A stretch of 64,000 nt of DNA from Mobula hypostoma (Eukaryota). The translations under genes and the position numbers were made by a program. Where the stretch lies: the NCBI RefSeq assembly GCF_963921235.1, contig NC_086098.1, positions 155,744,001 through 155,808,000 on the forward strand. Direction: 5' to 3'. This document shows, in pieces, positions 35,061 to 47,288 of this stretch; the first letter of the stretch is position 1, and every line of letters begins with the position of its first letter. The notes beneath the pieces are model-generated. The model was not told where the DNA came from and did no database searches. It worked only from the letters and a program-made list of their open reading frames with translations.

Positions 35061-36759
35061 TGCTGTTCTAAAGATTTGCTAAAAATGGGCACAGAAGAAG
35101 AATCTTAGGGTTGTATGTGATGACATGAATGTACTCTGGTAATATATCTTACTTTGAAGTTTGTACTTTTGAACTTTAGGACTGTCTGAACCCGGCAATT
35201 CCTTTATCCAAGTGCTGCACCTCACATTATGACCTAAAAACATTTCAATTAATCTCTGCATTGTTTTACGCCAATTCTAATCAAGGAATAGATAAGCCAG
35301 AAATTTCACGTAAAACAATAGGAAGACCACATGGTGCATTTCAAAATCTGTAGACCGGAAACTGACTCCACCTCTCCCTGTTTTCAAACTGACCTGACAA
35401 CCTGCAATGCCACTCATCTCTCTGACCTGGAGCAGAGAGGTATTTCTACATCACAGCGAGCACGACTTATACATTTATTATGCTCAACTTCCACCTTCCT
35501 CTTAAGTTTGATAAATGCTCATCTCTCTTTTTGTCGCATCTAGGACTCAGTTATGAATGCTTTTGTTTACTGCACATCGATTATCACCAATAATCTCAGG
35601 CCGAAAAGTAATTCACCACAAAATGCCTCATCTAACTCCACATACACGCGTTGAAATGTCTCTGCAAATGCCTGGAGCTGTCAATATACTCCGAATATCA
35701 TGAACAACTCGCACCAGATTGTGCGTTCTGGAATCAAATCCTTTGTCTGCAATTCCTTGGCCAAATATCCTCTTACTACTCACTTCAGTTGACAATCTTC
35801 AGTGACAATGTCTGACCAAGAATGTTCTCATCCTAACCCATAATATGTAATGTATTGGCCATAACATCAGCAGCAAACATACAAATTTAACTGTTAAAGA
35901 CTAAGCGCACAATGTGTGGGAATTAGCAACATTTGTTAAATTGCTTGCCACCATTTCTATATGTAACTATGTCCGGCAAAATGGAAGTGAATATTGAAAA
36001 AAACACAAAAAAAATTATACAACCGAATGAGACATACGACACTCGTGAGTTATACATAAATATCTCGTGGAACCGTGAAATGTATCATAGTTAGAAATCT
36101 CCGGATGTTTACTCCGCTGGCCGCGATTTGCAGGACCACAGACAAAATGGTGCCAGATGTGATCAGGCTGGGTAGTACTTCTCGACAAACACAGTCACGA
36201 TGGATTAAGCCATAGGACCATAATACATAGGTACAAGATAAAGTCCATTTGGTCGATCGACTCTGTTCTGTAAATTCAAGCATGTGTGATTGTTCTCAAC
36301 CCAATTCTCCCATCTTATCTCCGAAAGCTTTACCAATCAAGAGACTACTAACTTAGCCCGAAATACTCCCATTAACGTGGCCTCAACAGCCGGCTATGGC
36401 AGAGCTACTGAATTACCACACTCTGAATAAATTCCTCCTCAGTTTCAAGGGAACCTTCCTTTATTCTAAGGCTATGTTCTTGTATCCGAGACTCTCTAGT
36501 AACGGAAGTATCAGCACGTCCATTCTATCTAGGTCTTTCACTCTACCATAAGTTGCATTGAGATTTCCCCTCGTTGAGTACAGGCAGAGAGACAACAATC
36601 GCGTCTCATAAGCTAAGTTTTTCATTTTCGAGATTGAATGTGTGCTAATTTCTCTTTAGGTCTGTTGAGCCTCCTCTGAAGCCGTAGCCTTGGTGACGTT
36701 TTAGCTAAATTTTTAAAAATTGGCCAGGTTAAACATTTCTAAATATATGTGCAAGTGCT

Positions 36760-36900
36760 GTCCTTCCTGAAGAAGGGTCTCAGCCCGAAACGTGGACTAA
36801 CTATATATTTGCATAAAAGATGCCTGAACTGCCGTTTTCCTTCAGCACTTTTTCTGTGTGCTTTTTTGGATTTCCACCATCTGCAGAATTTCTCATGTTT
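36760..36900 (+). mobile_element. Degenerate Penelope-type terminal repeat (hammerhead core probably inactive)
   Basis: CTGAAGA-AGGG..CCC-GAAACGT-G gives a GUG triplet and a broken stem I. A similar decayed copy lies at about 34585-34700. Confidence 0.55.
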
Positions 36901-37384
36901 ATGATTTACTGCCATTTCCTTCTGGCTATTGATGCACTTAAGGTGATTATTTTCTGTCAAACCCAAACTGTTGGAGGAATCAACAGCTCGCCATAATTCC
37001 GAAGTAGTAAATTTGGTGCAAACTGACTGATGCACCACTCTTTCCCTATTTAGTAACTACGTGGCACTCAGATTCTGCTAATAACTGCATAAGAATTGAG
37101 GCTGTGGTGAACATTCAGAGTAAACCAGAAGGTGTTCAGGTTTGGAGAAGCCACTGGTTTTCGAGAGACATTGAAATCCTAGTTACGACGAAGGAAGTTC
37201 ACAGTTGGTAAAGGCAGCAAGGACCAAATGAGGTACCTGAGGAGTCTAAGAAATGAACTTCTAAGGGGTATAAGAATGCAGTTAAGAAAGAAATTTTGAA
37301 GGCATCAGGTTGCTCTAGCAGACAAAGCTAAGGAAATCCCCAGAGTTTCTACAGAGTTTCGGTGCAAGAAGGCTGAACGTGCAG

Positions 37385-37722
37385 GGCTGATTTTTCGGAG
37401 CGAAGGGAGTTTTTTTTTAATACTCGGGGTAAAAGAGAGTTAAGACTGCGCAGGCGCGTGACGTCTGCCAGTAGAGCTCGAAAGGTTTAAAAAGAAGACC
37501 GCAATGTACAGCGGGCAGCGGAGTGAGAGGCGGCAGAATGATAGGGCTTTGGCTCAACGGGCTTAGGCGGGATAGGTTTATTTGTATTAATTGCGGAATG
37601 GAGGAAGTATGCGTGTGAGGCCAGTTTTCTGTGCTCGGTGTCAGATGTGGGAAGGTCTGGAGTCTCCCAGCCTCCAGGACGGCCATATCTTCACCAGGTG
37701 TGTCAAGATGCAGCTCCTGAGA
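37385..37722 (+). mobile_element. CR1 5' UTR and ORF1 start fragment fused to duplicated Ig flank
   Basis: Matches 28880-29215 of the full CR1, then switches abruptly to sequence paralogous to 18946 onward. Confidence 0.8.
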
Positions 37723-40700
37723 CCCCCTTCTCACTTCTTTTCCTAGTAGCAACCGCTCAGTCTGAGACTGGTGCGATGGCTCTGGACTCCTCATCTAGGA
37801 AATTATTTTATCATTATGCAGCATGTTAAGATCTGTTGGCATTTTACATTTAATCGAGATCTCCCCTCATTCTCGTAAATTCTAGAGAAAACAGGGTCAG
37901 ACGACGCATTTTCTTCTCAGACGGTGAATCTAGAACTCGCCTGCTGAAATCCTTCCACATTTTAAGCAGCGATAGCGAAACCATACAATGACGTCACCAT
38001 TCGTTTACCCAAATTCTCTCGTGACAAAGGCTAAAATAACATTTGTCTTCCTTGTGGTCTGTTGTTCTGGAACTTCAGCTTTCAGGAACATCACCAAATG
38101 TCCAGCCATTAAAGTAATCGACGTGGTTTAAAATATATTAAAATTGGAGCAAATTATTAAACAATTAAACTGACGTTTTATTTAACATTAGTTCCTGAAA
38201 CAAATAAACAAATTTATAGTTAAAACAATGAATTAAAATAAATCATATTTAAATAGTTTATATTTCCCTTTATACAACTAATCTTTTCCCCACACCCCAC
38301 GAACAATGGTGTCCCCAATGTTTTGAAGGGGTGAATCTGGCGCAGGATACAAGGCGCAATCTACAGTGTAATGCTGGGTGATGTCCTTTCGGTTCTGCTA
38401 CAGGTTCTTGCAGCGTTGCATTTGTTGTTGCAAGGAAAACTGTCTGTCATACGGATAGTTTTCAATTTCTTTTCTCAAAGTTTGAAAATGTGCACTTTAA
38501 ATCGAATTACCAATTGGAATGGAATTGACTTTCACGTACATGAGGAGTAAAAATCTTTACGTTACGTCTCCGTCTAAATGTGCAATGTGCAATCCTAGTA
38601 ATTTATAATAATTTATAATGAATAAAACAGTCAATAGAACATAGAAATACACTCAAATCAGCGTGAGTTAATCAGTCTGATGGCCTGGTGGAAGAAGCTG
38701 TCCCGGGTCCTAGCTTCTATGCTGCGGAAAAGTTTCCCGGATGGTTGCAGCTGGAATAGATTTTAGTTCTGGTGCTGAGGGTCCCTAATCATCCTTTGGA
38801 CCCTTTTATCACACCCTAACCCAAACCCTAACGCTAAATGTCCTGAAATATGGGAAGTTCACAGCTACAGATGTGCTGCGCTGTCTGCACCACTCCACAG
38901 AATCCTGCGATCAAGGCAGTTACAGTTCCCATACCAGACAGTGATGCAGCAAGTCACGATGCTCTTAGTTAATATAACCATATAAATATATAACAATTAC
39001 AGCGTGGAAACAGTCCATCTCAGCCTTTCTAGTCCGTGCCGAACCATTACTCTCACCTAGTCTCACCGACCTGCACTCAGCCCATAACCCTCCATTCCTT
39101 TCCTGTCCATATAACTATCCAATTTAACTTTAAATGACAATTTCGAACCTGCCTCAACCACTTCTGCTGGAAGTTCGTTCCACACAGCTACCACTCTCTG
39201 AGTAAAGAAGTTCCCCCTCATATTACCCCTAAACTTTTGCCCTATAACTCCCAACTCATGTCCTCTTGATTGAATCTCCCTCACTCTTAATGGAAAAAGC
39301 CTATCCACGTCAACTCTATCTATCCCCCTCATAATTTTAAATATCTCTATCTTGTCCCCCCTCAACCTTCTATGCTCCAAAGAATAAAGACCCAACTTGT
39401 TCAACCTTTCTCTGTAACTTACGTGATGAAACCCAGGGAAAATTTTGGTAAATCTTCTCTTTACTCTTTCTATTTTGTTGACATGTTTCCTATAATTCGG
39501 TGACCAGAACTGTACACAATACTCCAAATTTGGCCTTACCAATGCCTTGTACAATTTCAACATTACATCCCAACTCCTATACACAATGCTTTGATTTATA
39601 AAGGCCAACATACCAAAAGCTTTCTTCACCACCCTATCCACATGTGATTCCACCTTCAGGGAACTATGCACCATTATTCCTAGATCCCTCTGTTCTACTG
39701 CATTCGGCAATGCCCTACCAATTACATGTATGTCCTATTTTGATTAGTCCTACTAAAATGTAGCACCTCACATTTATCAGCATTACACTCCATCTGCCAT
39801 CTTTCTGTCCACTCTTCTAACTGGCCTAAATGTCTCTGCAAGCTTTGAAAACCTACTTCATTATCCACAACGCCACCTATCTTAGCATCATCTGCATACT
39901 TACTAATCCAATTTACCACCCCATCATCCAGATCATTAATGTATCTGACAAACAACATTGGCCCCAGTACAGATCCCTGAGACACAAAACTAGTCACCGG
40001 CCTCCAATATGACAAACAGTTATCCACCACTACTGTCTGGCTTCTCCCATCCAGCCACTGCTGAATCCATTTTACCACTTCAATATTAATACCTACCGAT
40101 TGAAGCTTCCGTGTGGAACCTTGTCAAAGGCCTTACTGAAGTCCATATAGACAACATCCACTGCTTTATCCTCGTCAACTTTCCAAGAAACCTCTTCAAA
40201 AAATTGAATAAGATTTGTCAAACATGACCTTCCACGCACAAACCCATGTTGACTGTTCCTAGTCAGACCCTGTCTATCCAGATAATTATATATACCATCT
40301 CTAAGAATACTTTCCATCAATTTACCCACCACTGACGTCAAACTCACAGGCCGATAATTGCTAGTTTACTCTTAGAACCCTTTTTTAAACAATGGAACAA
40401 CATGACCAATACGCCAATCCTCTGGCACCATCCCCGTTTCTAATGACATTTGAAATATTTATGTCAGAGCCCCTGCTATTAACACACTAACTTCCCTCCA
40501 GGTCCTAGGGAATATCTTATCTGTACCCGGAGACTTATCCACTTTTATTTTCCTTAGAAGCGCCAGTACTGCCTCTTCTTTAATCGTCATAGTTTCCATA
40601 ACTTCCCTACCTGTTTCCCTTATCTTACAGAATTCAATATCCTTCTCCTTAGTGAATACCGAAGTAAAGAAATTGTTCAGAATCTCCCCCATCTCGTTTA

Positions 40701-43700
40701 GCTCCACACATAGCTGCCCACTCTGATTCTCTAAGGGACCAATTTTACCCTTCACTATCCTTTTGCTATTAATATAACTGCAGAACTGCTTGGGATTTAT
40801 TTTCACCTTACTTGTCAAAGCAACCTCATATCTTCTTTTAGCCTTTCTAGTTTCTTTCATAAGATTCTTTTTACATTCTTTACATTCCTCTAGCACCTCA
40901 TTTACTCCATGCTGCCTATATTTATTGTAGATATCTCTCTTTTTCCGAACCAAGTTTTCAATATCCCTTAAAAACCATGGCTCTCTCAGACTTTTAACCT
41001 TTCCTTTCAATCTAACAGGAAGATAAGGATTCTGTACCCTCAAAATTTCACCTTTAAATGACCTCCAGTTCTCTATTATATCCTTCCCGTAAAACAAATT
41101 GTCCCAATCCACTCCTAAATCCTTTCGCACCTCTCTCCTCAAAGGTAGCCTTTCTCCAATCAAAAATCTCAACCCTGGGTCCGGGCCTATCCTTCTCCAT
41201 AATTATATTGAAACTAATGGCCTTATGATCACTTGACCCGAAGTGCTCCCCAACACAAACCTCCGTTTCCTGACCTATCTCATTCCCTAACAGGAGATCC
41301 AATACTGCCCCTTATCTAGTTGGTACCTCTGTGTATTGCTGCAAAAAATTATCCTGCACACATTTTACAAACTCCAAACCATCCAGCCATTTTACAGTAT
41401 GGGCTTCCCAGTCTATGTGTGGAAAATTAAAGTCTCCCACAATCACAACCTTGTGCTTACTACAAATATCTGCTATCTCCTTACACATTTGCTCCTCCAA
41501 TTCTCGCTCCCTATTTGGTCGTCTATAATACACCCCTGTAAGTGTTACTACACTTTTCCCATTCCTCAATTCCACCCAAATAGCCTCCCTACACGAGCCC
41601 GCTAATCTATCCTGCAGAGCACCATGATCATATTTTCTCTGACAAGAAATGCAACACCTCCCCCTCTTGACCCTCCGATTCTATCACACCTGACACAATT
41701 AAATCCAGGAGTATTTAGTTGCCAATCACACCCCTCCGGTAACCATGTTTCACTAATAGCTACCACATCATTCTTTCAGGTATCGATCCATACTTTAAGC
41801 TCATCCACATTTCCTATAATGCTGCTAGCATTAAGATAAATGCATGTAAGAAATTGTCCACCTCTTATTCTCTGTTTATCAATAACGGTGCAAATAACTT
41901 TATTATTTTCCTTTTCTTCCTTCTCCCCTGCATCTGTTCCTACATTCTGTTTCTCCTACCCCTTGTATTTAGTTTACATCCACTGGAGCCTCTCCAGCAA
42001 ATCTACCTGCACGAATATTTGTCCCCCTCCAGTTCAGATGTAAATTGTGCCCCTGTATAAAGTTCTTAGAATTTGGGGGCCCACAGCAAACTTCCTCAAC
42101 AGTCTGAGGTGAAAGAGGTGCTGTTTTATGCCTTTTTCATCATACAGCTGGTGTGTACATACCACGTGAGGTCCTCGGCGATATGAATGCCGCGGTGCCT
42201 AAACCTCTCAACCCCAGATCCATTGCTGTCAATACGGGTTAGCCTGTATCCATTCCTTCTGTAGTCCACAGACAGATCCTTTCTTTTTGCGACATTGAGG
42301 CAGAGATTGTTTTCTTGACAATTGCATGCCGTCGAAAAAGATTTAATCAAAGCTAGGAATGCGGAACAAGTCAGACAGCTATCCGTATAATCCTTAACAT
42401 TTCAGTTCAACTCCCTTGCATTACAAAGTGTAAATGGCTGAAGTATAGAGGATAGGTAGGGCAGAGAAAACAAAACAATGTCCGGTATAGGATGAAGGGA
42501 AAACGAATGGCCCACTCCATCAAGAGAAATGTGGTCAATCACAGGTTTTTGCTTGTTTAGAGATACAGCACACAACAGGCCCTTCCGGTCCAAGGAGCCA
42601 CACAGTCGATCAGCCTACCTATTTCAAACGAGTCTAATCCCGGGAAATTTACGATGACCAATTAACCTAGCAACGGGGAGTCTTTAAACTGTGGGAGGAA
42701 ACCAGACCACCCGGAAGAAACACACGCAGTTCACGGGAAGAACGAGCAACCGCCAACACACAGCCCCAGAAGTGAAGCTCGAACTATGGCAGGCCCCGAT
42801 TTGTTGCAGTGTTGCGCTGACCGCCACGCTACCCAGATGCCCAGGAGACACGGCTAGGAGAGCTGTAAGTGAATGCAAGAGCTTAGATTATGCAAGGTCA
42901 CGTGTATAAATCGGAAAACCTTCGCGGATCTTCCTCAGGATGAGCATTGTACAAATATTGTCAAGACAGAGGATCAACCGCGGTTCATTGCGAAATGCCG
43001 AACAGTATGCTCGGAACAGTAAAGGTGCGGCCAAACTTAAACACAGAAAATGCTGGAAGCAGTCAGCGGGGAGGGAGACCATGGGTAAGAAGAGGCAGCG
43101 CTAGCAATTCAATTCATCAGAATATTCTGATGGGAGGTGTGGGATCTGAAATGCAAACTCTGTTTCTTCTTTCACAGATGCTGCTTGAACGGCTGCGTCT
43201 CCAGCATGTTCTGTTTTTGTTTTAGACTTCGAGCATCTGACGTTCATTGTCGTACGATTATGACGTGTGAAGCAAGTGAAGGTGCAACGCAAGATTACAT
43301 GTGTGCAAAATAGCAAACAGGAAACTGTCTTTTCAAGAACATACAGTGCTGACTGTATAAATATATCAGGGCATTTAGAGGTTGAGAAAAAAGAAGTGCT
43401 GGGCGTCCTAATGTGTATTACGTTAGTTAGATCCCCAGAGCCAGATGGATGTTACCTCTGGTTATTGAAGGAATCAGGAAACGAGATGGCTGGAGACTTC
43501 GTCTCCTCTCTAGCCAACATAAGACCGTCGAGTAGCTAATGATGTACCTCTATTTACGAAGGGAACAAGGGAAAATCCTCGGAACTATAGTCCAGAGAGC
43601 CTCACCTCAGTTGTAGGAAATTGCGGGAGATAATGCTTCGGGGTGGGATATATGAACATCTGGAAACCCATTGCTTAACAAGGGAAAGTCACCATGGCTT

Positions 43701-43850
43701 TGTGCGTGGCAGGTCATGCCTTGCCATATTGATGGAGTTTTTGACAAGGTTACACGAGAGATTGTTCAGGGTAGGGCAATGGAGGTTGTTTTCATGGATT
43801 TTAGTAAGGCTCTTGTCAAAGCCCCTCATAGGAAACTAACCTGGAAGATT
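37723..43850 (+). repeat. Fourth partial copy of the pseudo-C 3' flanking unit (C exon absent)
   Basis: Colinear similarity to about 18946-21250 and 58215-60610. Confidence 0.8.
38966..42042 (-). mobile_element. CR1 LINE (different subfamily), disrupted, inserted in a Rex1 fragment
   Basis: Minus ORFs with VGDFNF, GSSDH, SLTSVVGK, DFSKAFDKV and FFTQRVVAVWNELP; (atataacc)-type tail near 38970. Confidence 0.92.
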
Positions 43851-44532
43851 ATCGTAAAGGATTCTAAGGAAGCAGATTTATAGGTATTTGGAGAAAAACA
43901 TATTAGAAAGGTCAACATGGATTTGTACATGGTACGTCATGTCTCAGCAGTCTAATAGAGTTTTTCAAGAACGTTATCAAGTGGGTTGATGAAGGAAAGA
44001 CTGTGGATATTGTCCACTGTACTATAGCAAGGCCGATGACTGGGCCCTGTATGGGAGGGTGTCATGAAGGTTAAGTCGCTTGGCATTCAGAGTAAGGTAG
44101 AAATCTGGATTAGACATTGGCTTTGCTAGAGAGTGCTACTAGATGTGTGCTACGAGACGTTTGCCTCTCTGAGTGGAAGCCTGTGACCAGTGGTGTACCT
44201 CGGGGATGGGTGTTATGGCTGTTGTTGTTTGTCATCTATATCAATGGTCCGAATCATAATGTGGCAAACTGGGTCATCAAATTTGTGGATAACAGCAAGA
44301 TTGGCGACGTAGTGAACGGCATGTAAGGCCATTGAAGATTGTAGCGGGATCTGGAGCAGATGCAATAAATGGGCTGAATAATGACAGATGGTGATTATTG
44401 TATTTTGAGAGGACAAACCGGATAGGATTCACACGATGACCGGCAGGGCACTGAGAGTACGGTAGAACAGACGGAATGTGGATCCATAATTTCATCAAAG
44501 TGGCGTCATAGGGAAATAGCTCCGTAATGAGA

Positions 44533-44644
44533 GCTGTCTGTATCTTGTTTTACGGCGGTTGGCTTAATGGTGCATTACCACCACCCTGTGCTCTGGAATG
44601 TGCACTAGACATACATTCAAAATCCCTTCACCCAATCGCGCGCG

Positions 44645-44686
<42 letters not shown>

Positions 44687-45490
44687 CAAACCTACACTTC
44701 ACCCTCCCATCTTTGACCATCCTAGTATCCTATTCCTGTTTATTCGTCATATCGATAAAAAAAAACCCTTGTACCCCTTAAAAACGCTAAAAATACCCGG
44801 ACTTGTGCTCTCTCACCCATGCCCAGCAACCCTTTTAATGTGAATTCCTGCAACCCCAACTCCCTTAATTTATTTCTCATCTTCTCTCTCTGTATCCCAT
44901 ACTTCCTGCAACACAAAACTACATGTTCTACTGACTCTTCTTCCTGACATTCCTCACACAATCCTATCTGGTGTTTCCCTATCATTTTCAATGTTTTGTT
45001 TAATGCACAATGCCCCAGCCTTAACCTAGTCCACACAATTTCCTCTCTTCTGTTTTCATTACCTACCCTAGTAACTGCAACACTTTTGTATTTGATATAA
45101 ATGCTCTCTTTCCCCTCCCTGTCCCATCTTTCTTGCCACATTCGGTTGACTTTTTCCCAGATTACACACCTAACCTCTGCTTTACTGATACTAATGTGCA
45201 TTTCCACATTTTCTTTCTTTAACGCCCTCCTTGCCAACTCATCCACCCTCTCATTCCCCTTCACCGCTACATGTGCTGGAACCCATAGAAATTTTACCTG
45301 ACCTCCCTGATTTGCAATTCTTGTAACTAACTGAAGGACTTCATAAAGTACATCTTGCCGACTGTTTGTGAGAAAAGACAAACTAGCTAAAACTGAGGAT
45401 GAATCTGAACATATCAATGCTTTGACTTGTCTGGCTTTCTGCACCCATTGCAACGCCACCAACACCGTCAGCATCTCCACTGTAAACACC
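44533..45490 (-). mobile_element. 5'-truncated RNase H-bearing LINE (I/Nimb-like)
   Basis: ORF 44740-45489 has RNase H motifs (ICSDSSS, FLWVPAH, GNERVDELA) and a C-terminal CxxC..EH zinc knuckle. Absent in the cluster-1 paralog. Confidence 0.85.
44649..44680 (+). repeat. (CA)16 microsatellite
   Basis: Direct observation. Confidence 0.95.
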
Positions 45491-46302
45491 CCTAACTTAT
45501 CAGAGAGCTTTTGACAGCAAAGTAATTATAGGATTAAAGAATTGCGATGAAAACTTGAAGTTGTATGAGACGTAGGCAAAGCGTAATTTTGAGCATTGTA
45601 TATAGTTCTAGTCACCTGCCCACAGGAACAATATCAATAAGATTGAATGTGTGCAGAGAAAAATTGCAAAGGTATTACCGAGACTGAACCCGAATTATAG
45701 GGAAGGTTGAATAGATTTGGACTCATTCCCTGGAGCAAAGGAGAATGAGTAGCAATTTGACGGAGGTATACGAAATTATTAGAGGTATAGTCAGGATAAA
45801 TGCAAGCTGGGCTTTTCCGCTAAGGTTGGGTGAAATTAGAACTAGAGATCATGGATTAAGGGTGAAAGAGGAAATGATTAACTGAAACATGAGGGGTAAG
45901 TCTTTACTCGGAGTGTGGTGAGAGTGTGGAATGAGCTTCCAGTGAAAGGACTGGGTGTGGGTTCTATTTCAACATTTAAGACCAATTTGGATGGGTACAT
46001 CAATGGGAGAGTATGGAGAGCAATGGTCTGGTGACCAGTTCATGTATTAGTTATCACAGTCTAGATCGACCGAAGGGCCTGCTTCTGTGTAGTGGTGTTC
46101 TATAACTGTATCTATGCAATTTGGACGCTTGTAAGAACTCACAGTTATGGTTCCAATTTGCCCTCAGGTGGATATGAACAGTTAATCCATTTCACTGTAT
46201 TTGAATACTAAGAGTTTAGTAACCACGATTATTTTTTTATTCTGCTGGAGCAGAAAATGTTAATCTGTCCCTTCGGTTTAAATAATATTAAAATCGAGTT
46301 TT

Positions 46303-46728
46303 TTAAAAAAAAGATATCCAATGTAAAATGACTATCGCCATTATCATTCTGAACAAGTTCAAGTTGTGGACATACGAAGGAATTACAATAGGAGCAGACT
46401 GACCTGATCTCCGGCCGGATCTCGCGATCGTTTCTTCAAACGGGTTTACTTGACTCTCGTGTTTAACCACACAGGAGTAACGCTCGTGTGCGCTCCATTC
46501 TGAGGCTGGCAGAGTCAGGTAACTACTCACACTGAACGTGTTGTCTGTTTCCTGCTGGACAGGACTCGTCTCCACGCCATCCCTTTTTGGACGACCGTCC
46601 ATGGTCCATTCAATGTCCACTGCGCCCGGATTAATAACGGCTCACCAAACACACCACCGTCGCTGTGCCTTGTCCCCTGATTTCTTCCGGGGAAGGTCGG
46701 AGAATGGAGACGGCGGGAGCCCGAGGAT
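46303..46728 (-). pseudogene. IGLC: Ig light-chain C exon of cluster 2, frameshifted, with 3' deletion
   Basis: Acceptor intact, but a 1-nt insertion (CGT TAT TAA vs CGT TTT AAT) gives a stop at 46631-46633. The terminal Cys, stop and poly(A) signal are removed by a roughly 1-kb deletion at about 46412-46418. Confidence 0.92.
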
Positions 46729-47288
46729 CTGTGTAAAATACGGTCCCAGATTTGCACAGGTTGAGAAACCGTTTCAGTTAAAACATCCCGTTTGTTGAAA
46801 GTGTATTTAGTATTGCATGTATCCCTTCATCTTAATGAATGAATATTTCTTTTTTCCGATTTCCCGTTGCAATCGGTTAAATTGGACATGAAAAAATTGC
46901 CAGGTGAAATCTCCCATGCATAATTGTTCTTTCTGAAACTAGGGCATTATGTGTGCAGTGGCGTAAAATCAATGCTTTCGGCACGGGTTTTAAACGGTCT
47001 CCAGTGCATAGCATCCATTGGATTCAGCTTGAATAAAAATCCGAAGTTATACTTGACTGCTAATTGTGACTTCCACTGGCACCTAAGAATCCACCGTCCC
47101 TACTTTTACCTTAGACACCTTCACTTACTTCAACTGTTCAGTCATCAAGGCAAGAGACGGAAGTCTATTCATGTTTTGCTTAAAATTAGGGATTAAAACA
47201 ATGGTTTTCAAACTTTTCTCATGCCATCGACCACTACCATTTGCAGAGGGGTCTACAGACCTAGTTTGGGAACCCCGGGATTAGTATA

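Noticed and set aside
36050-36283. 77-aa minus ORF with a hydrophobic stretch as a possible leader or exon
   Set aside because: No convincing splice context, no recognisable motif, and flanked by decayed CR1 sequence.
46303-46620. Functional membrane-anchored light chain from the 105-aa ORF
   Set aside because: The upstream +1 frameshift stops translation at 46631, so the hydrophobic tail is not reachable from the spliced VJ.
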